DNA of 58,947 nucleotides, filler included, from Basidiobolus ranarum (Eukaryota): NCBI GenBank assembly GCA_040143965.1. It is 3 parts of 3 records of this genome, joined end to end, with 100 filler letters (N's around TTAATTAATTAA, not from the genome) between each part and the next. Parts side by side here need not be neighbours in the genome. Positions count along the whole stretch, not along the records: positions 39,406 to 58,947 come from JASJQH010000248.1; 2 more parts are not named here. One strand, 5' to 3'. Shown piece by piece: positions 52,644 to 58,947 of this stretch (position 1 is its first letter; each line of letters starts with the position of its first letter). The notes under the pieces were generated by a model. It saw only the letters and a program-made list of their open reading frames with translations, ran no database searches and was not told where the DNA came from. The position numbers and the translations under genes were made by a program.

Positions 52644-55600
52644 ATGAACTCCAATTACGACGAGTTTGGTAACTACATAGGTCCTGATCTTCCTAGTTCA
52701 GATAGTGAAGAGGAAAATATCCCTTCTTACTCCATCCCAGAAGAGGAGGATCTTGAGGAAGAGGATGAATCTAACTATGAAGCGGCTTTGATGCGTGTCG
52801 ATGGTAAGATCTTTGCCCTATAATGGATAGATGTATAGAATGAATAGCACGAAAAACGCGTTAGAGCGACCTTTTTTCGTGTGTTTTCGCTGTAACACAA
52901 ATAATTCCCTTCGACAACATAGTGACCAGAAATTATTGATCTTTAGAAATTCCTCGTAATCAAGTGGTTCTACACGAAGATAAAAGTTATTATCCTAGTG
53001 CCGAGGAGGTATACGGAGCTGATGTAGAAACCTTGGTACAAGAAGAGGACGCACAACCTTTGAGTGAACCTATCGTTAAGCCAGTCAAAGTGAAAGCTTT
53101 TGCGATTAAGGAGGATAACTTGCCAACTACTACCTACGAAAAAGAGTTCGTATTCAACCATTAATTGTTGAAAACTATCAGTCATGTTTACCTAATTTTT
53201 TATGGTTATTCCTTAGGTATCTTTTCGATTTGTTAAAGCTTCCTCACTTGACTCGTAATGTTGCTGTCATTGGTCATTTGCATCACGGAAAGTCCACCTT
53301 TGTAGATATGCTCATCAATCAAACTCACATATTTGATGGTGAAAAACCTGTAAATACCTTGTATTTGTCAATAATTTGCCTTGGAGAGATTATTGAACCA
53401 ATTTTTGTTTCGAAATTTTAGGAGCGTTATACTGATGTTCATACTTTAGAAAGAGAACGTGGACTGAGTATCAAGTCTATGCCAATGTCCTTGGTTCTTC
53501 CTGATTCTAAGGGAAAATCTCATGTCATCAATGTCATGGACACTCCCGGGCATACCGATTTCATCGATGAAGTTACCGCCGCTCTTCGTATAGCAGATGG
53601 TGCTATCTTGATTGTTGATGCAGTTGAAGGGGTAATTATATAGCTATACTGCCCAAACTATTCCCCTGTTTTAATAATTTTGTCTGTAAAGGTGATGGTA
53701 AATACTGAGCAAGTTATCCGTCACGCTATTCAAGAGAATGTTCCACTCACTTTGGTGGTTAACAAAGTTGACAGACTTATGTTGGAGCTGAAGCTTCCCC
53801 CTGCTGATGCTTACTTTAAATTGAGACATACCATTGAAGAAGTCAATGCTATTATTAACTCATGTGTTGCCGACAGCAACAAGTTCCGACTTTCTCCCGA
53901 ACGAAATAATGTATGCTTTGCTTCAGGAAAGATGGGATGGTGTTTCACATTGAAGTCATTCGCTAAACTCTACACCGACACATATCGTAAGAAACCTATT
54001 GTTAGTAAACTATTTAGAATGGTTTTGTTCATTAACCTTCTTTTATAGCTGGTGTTAGTACCGAGGACTTCGCTAAGCGTCTTTGGGGTGACGTTTACTT
54101 CAATCCTTCAAAGCGCTCTTTCACTCGCAAGCCCACTGAGAATGGTAGTAAAAGAACTTTCGTACAGTTCGTTCTTGAACCCATCTACAAGATCTATTCC
54201 CAGGTATCTATACATTGAACAATCTCTATTTCATTTGTATTCGAAACTCACTTTTATCTTGATTTTCTCAGACAATCAGTGAAGATCAAGCCAATCTTAA
54301 AAAGACATTAAGCAGCTTAGGTATCCACTTGAAACCAAAGATATTTTCTTTAGATATCAAGGATGTTCTCAATGCAGTTCTTGAACAGTTCTTTGGCCCT
54401 CCTGGTGGTTTTGTTGACATGTGTATGGAGCATATACCTTCTCCTGTAGATGGAGGTGTCACTAAGATTGAGCACACATATACCGGACCAATGGATTCTA
54501 AAATCGCGCGTGCAATGCGTGAGTGTGACCCCAATGGTCCTCTAATGATTCACATCGTCAAGCTTTATCCCACAGATGACTGCTCTCGATTCGATGCTTT
54601 CGGTAGAGTATTCAGTGGTACCTTAACAAAGGGCCAGAGAATCAGAGTACTGGGTGAAGGGTACTCTGTGGATGATGAAGAAGACATGATGATTCAAGAA
54701 GTTAATGACCTAAGTGTCTTTGAGTCAAGGTATGTTCGTTAAAATATAAAATCATTTTGATTTCCATAATCTAACTTCAAGTACATCAGATATCGTATTG
54801 AGGTTGAGGGAATATCTGCCGGTGGTTGGGTGTTAATTGGTGGAGTCGATAGTTCTATTACCAAGACCGCCACATTGACCGAATATGCACCCAACGAAGA
54901 TCTTTACATTTTCCGTCCGTTACGTTTCCCTACTTCGTCTGTACTAAAGGTGGCTATTGAGCCGGTCAACCCCACCGAACTCCCCAAGATGTTGGATGGC
55001 CTGAGAAAAATCAACAAAAGTTATTGTATAATTGAGACCAAGGTTGAAGAGTCAGGTGAACATATCATTCTTGGCACTGGTGAGATTTACCTCGATTGCG
55101 TGCTTCACGATTTACGTCGTATGTACGCTGAGATCGACATCAAGGTTGCTGATCCCGTTGTTAGATTCTGTGAGACGGTTGTTGAATGTTCAGCTCTCAA
55201 ATGCTTTGCAGAAACACCAAACAAGAAGTAAGTTTATCTCGAAGGTTTACCTAATTTACATTTGCAGCAATTGATGATACTTCTTTAGAAACAAATTGAC
55301 GATGATCGCTGAACCTCTTGAAAAGGGTATCGCAGAAGATATCGAGAAACAAAGAGTCACTCTGGATATGGGCGTTAAGAATGTCGGTAATTTCTTTGAG
55401 CAAAACTACGGTTGGGATCTACTCGCTTCTAGATCCATTTGGGCCTTTGGACCAACTGATGCTGGACCCAATATCTTGCTGGACGACACACTTCCCTCCG
55501 AAGTTGACAAGAATTTATTGAAGACTGTTAAGGATTCTATTCGACAAGGATTCCAGTGGGGTACTCGTGAAGGACCACTTTGCGATGAACGTAAATATCT

Positions 55601-56367
55601 CACTACACTCATACATTTTGTATCAACCTAATCCAATCAAAATCTCTAATCACCTCTTATGAATGCAGCTATCAGAAACGTCAAATTCAAGATCTTGGAT
55701 ACAGTTCTTGCTCCTGAGCCTATCTACAGAGGTGGTGGGCAAATCATTCCTACTGCCCGTCGTGTATGCTATTCTTCTTTCTTAACAGCGGCCCCACGCC
55801 TTATGGAGCCAGTGTATTATGTCGAGGTACAAGCACCCGCTGATTGTGTTTCTGCCGTCTATACTGTATTGGCTCGTCGCAGGTAAATCTTCACATTATT
55901 CGTACAACATTTCAGAACATATTTTCTTACCAATAGTGGATGGTTTTGATCAGAGGTCACGTCACACAAGATATCCCTAAAGCTGGATCTCCACTTTACA
56001 CCGTAAAGGCCTACGTTCCAGTAATCGATGCCTGTGGGTTTGAAACTGATCTTAGAACACACACTCAGGGTCAAGCCTTCTGTCAGCAGATCTTCGATCA
56101 TTGGCAAATCGTTCCAGGAGATCCATTAGATAAAAGTATCGTCCTTCGTCCACTAGAACCAAGTCCAGCACCTCATCTTGCCAGAGACTTTATGCTCAAA
56201 ACCCGTCGTAGAAAGGTAAAGTCAAGGAATAATGTATGAAATAGAGGATGTTTACTAATTCAAGGAAATATTCCCAAATGGTTTAGGGTTTAAGTGAAGA
56301 TGTCAGTATTAATAAGTACTTTGATGATCCAATGCTTCTGGCAGTCGCTCAAGAGAATTTGTTTTAG
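52644..56367 (+). CDS. SNU114: U5 snRNP GTPase Snu114/EFTUD2, 12 exons
   Basis: [79 protein letters not shown]^[17 protein letters not shown]. Confidence 0.97.
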
Positions 56368-56548
56368 TAAACCACGGAATTCAGTTTGAATTAACATACT
56401 TTACCTGTACATGTACTCACATTTTGTTCTTGACAAGAATTACTATCATTATAATAAAAATGCAATGTCATCATTTGACCAGTTACTGATGGTTTATTTG
56501 CTATGGAGGAAGTGCATCCAGGTAGTGAAATATCTAGCAAATTCATTC

Positions 56549-56562
56549 AACCCTAACCCTAA
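56549..56562 (+). promoter_or_regulatory. Interstitial telomeric repeat (CCCTAA)n, about 200 bp upstream of the BRAP2/ETP1 ATG
   Basis: aaccctaaccctaa; regulatory role is inferred. Confidence 0.4.
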
Positions 56563-56762
56563 GTACGCTATGATTTGGTGATGACGTTCAGATTCCAATT
56601 CCCAATGGAAATTGCCAGTCATGAAGAATCCAATGAAATTAGGGAAATTCGGAATGCTAACTAAGCAACCAAATGATGGATTAAAATGATTCCATCCATA
56701 ACAGTAATAATTCTAAGAGAATTCAGAAGAATTTGTAGAAAGCTTCTTAAACCCAAGTGTCA

Positions 56763-58947
56763 ATGTACTATTATCGGTTAAGGTTTGATTTTTATGATAG
56801 TTCAAGTTCTAAAGAAACCACCCACCATTCCCACCACTCCAATATATTAAAGTATCAATATCAAGCGTTCGATTTACTTGGTAAATCTCCCGAAGAAGTG
56901 AACCAAACTCTAAACTTCCCTCCTACTTTTTCAAACCAACTTCACTCCAAGAGGTTAACTGAATTAAAAAAATTCGATTATCGTATTGATACTTTGAACA
57001 TCGACTGGTATACTATGGAAGAAACTGATAAAATTCCCTCGGATAATGAAGAGCTTCAACCAACTCACTCGGAAAGCGAAACTTACTCTTCCAACTTATT
57101 ATTGGGTAGAAAGGGGAGTTCAAAAAATGGTACTCACCAACGTACAAAAAATCCTGTACCAACTCCAGTGGGTCAATTTGTTCCCACCAAGATCGGTTCG
57201 ACTAACATTGATATCGGTGTCCTGAGACTGTACAGAGAAGTAAAAGAGATATCTTTATCACAGGAAGAAAATTCAACTCCAGTTGAGAATGGTCACGATG
57301 ATAATAACCTTGGAAATATTTTAAGCGTTTTGGCGGTTCCTTCTTATATGACACCAACCGATTTTGTTGGCTTTGTGGGTTCATATAAAAAACACGTATC
57401 CCACTTTAGAATTATTAGGTATTATTATGCTTATAATCTTGACGGGTCGGATGACAAGTTTGTTTAACTCTTGACTTTATTATCAGGGACTCTTCTCCTA
57501 ACAAATTCTTGGTGCTATTGAAGTTTCGGGAGTCCGATGTGGCTAGGGAGTTTTATAATGAATTTAATGGACGCGCATTCAACTCGATGGAGGTAAGATT
57601 ACTGGTCTACGTAGTATTTAGCATGATTCAAGTCTAACCACAGCATTCAAGCCAGAGATATGTCATGTGGTTTATATCCAAAGTATTGATTATAGAAGCG
57701 TCACTATCCCACCTTATGCATTTCCCACAAGTCATGATATAACTCCAATTGTGGGCTCTTCTACCACAAAAGAATCACCTATTGCAAATCAGATGCTGTC
57801 GATGGTTGAACTGCCAACATGCCCTGTGTGTCTCGAACGTATGGACGCGTCAGTCTCTGGATTGTTGACTATCCTGTGCCAGCATACATTTCATTGCCAC
57901 TGCTTGAGTAAATGGCAGGATGGCAGTTGTCCAGTATGTCGGTATAGCCAGAAGACGGTCGATGAAGTTGAGGAATCCAATAGATGCGCCAAGTGTGGAA
58001 ATAATGAAGATCTTTGGATTTGCTTGATATGTGGTAATATAGGATGTGGCAGGTATAGTGACTCTATGTAATCTTTCAGGCAATCATCCGACTAATCTAC
58101 CGTATCTCCCCTCTCTTAGATACCAAGATGCACACGCACATAGCCACTATCTGGAAACAAGTCACCTTTATTCGCTGGAGCTGGAGACCCAAAGAGTGTG
58201 GGACTATGCTGGAGATGGGTAATTGATCCATATTTGTCTTTACCATGACATGTTTCTGGACTTACACATTGATGACTTTAGCTACGTCCATCGACTGATC
58301 CAAAACAAATCGGACGGTAAATTAGTGGAGCTACCAGGGCCAGTTGGTCAAATTGAATCGGCGAACATCTCAAGAAACCCAATAAGTCAGGTATGTTTTC
58401 GTGTTAGTGGACATCCTTCGATTCAACTTTTTAACTCTTCATTCCCTGTAGGACAAATTGGATTCTATTGATATGGAATATTCCTCTCTACTGAGCTCAC
58501 AACTAGAATCTCAAAGAGAATTTTATGAAGGTCAATTGAACACTCTTACCCAGCAAATCACTGCCCTGGCGACACAACTCAATTCTATCACTAATCAATT
58601 CAACGTATTACGAAACGACTTTGAAAAGCAGACAGAGATTCGTCGGGGATTGCAAGAACACGATATCCCCAACCTTGTGAAAGAGAAAAAAAATAGTGAA
58701 AAGAAACAAGAGAAACTTGGCGAAAAGCTCATGAAAATAGAAACCGAGTGGAAGGAAGAAAAAGAGGTATGTTCTTAAAGCATGTTCCACGACACACGTC
58801 TAACTCATTTTGCCTCTAAAGATGAATGCTGCACTTCGTGAAAATCAAGAACACTTGATTCGTCAATCGGCTGGAAAGGACCAAACGATTGTCGAGCTAC
58901 AAGAGCAAGTGCGGGATCTCATGTTCTTCCTGGATACACAGCAAAAG
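56763..58947 (+). CDS. BRAP: BRAP2/Etp1 E3 ligase (BRAP2 domain, RING-H2, ZnF-UBP, coiled coil), 3' partial
   Basis: [18 protein letters not shown]^[18 protein letters not shown]…[10 protein letters not shown]…[57 protein letters not shown]. Confidence 0.95.

Overview
Intron-rich eukaryotic DNA, most likely an early-diverging (non-Dikarya) fungus; the taxon is inferred from gene content and intron style. It starts with about 3 kb of nearly CpG-free decayed repeat. About 16 protein genes follow: C2H2 transcription factor, SVF1, a cupin, a Chs4/Skt5-like Sel1-repeat protein with one in-frame TAA, choline/ethanolamine kinase, an orphan gene, mitochondrial L17, NADPH oxidase NoxB, peroxisomal Lon, a TBC Rab-GAP, a KDM3-type JmjC demethylase, pyroglutamyl peptidase I, an animal-like 8-BRCT TopBP1, PDRG1, a sulfate permease, SNU114 and a partial BRAP2/ETP1. 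Two 100-bp N gaps carry an artificial TTAATTAATTAA spacer. The best-supported surprise is two AT-AC minor-spliceosome (U12-type) introns in TOPBP1, at nearly the same position in two different BRCT repeats. Other leads are a splice donor overlapping the Lon PTS1 (possible targeting switch), the Tyr-position TAA in the Sel1 gene, a candidate C/D snoRNA, and telomere-repeat motifs about 200 bp upstream of two genes. All gene models were built by hand and homologies come from remembered family motifs; no database search was run.
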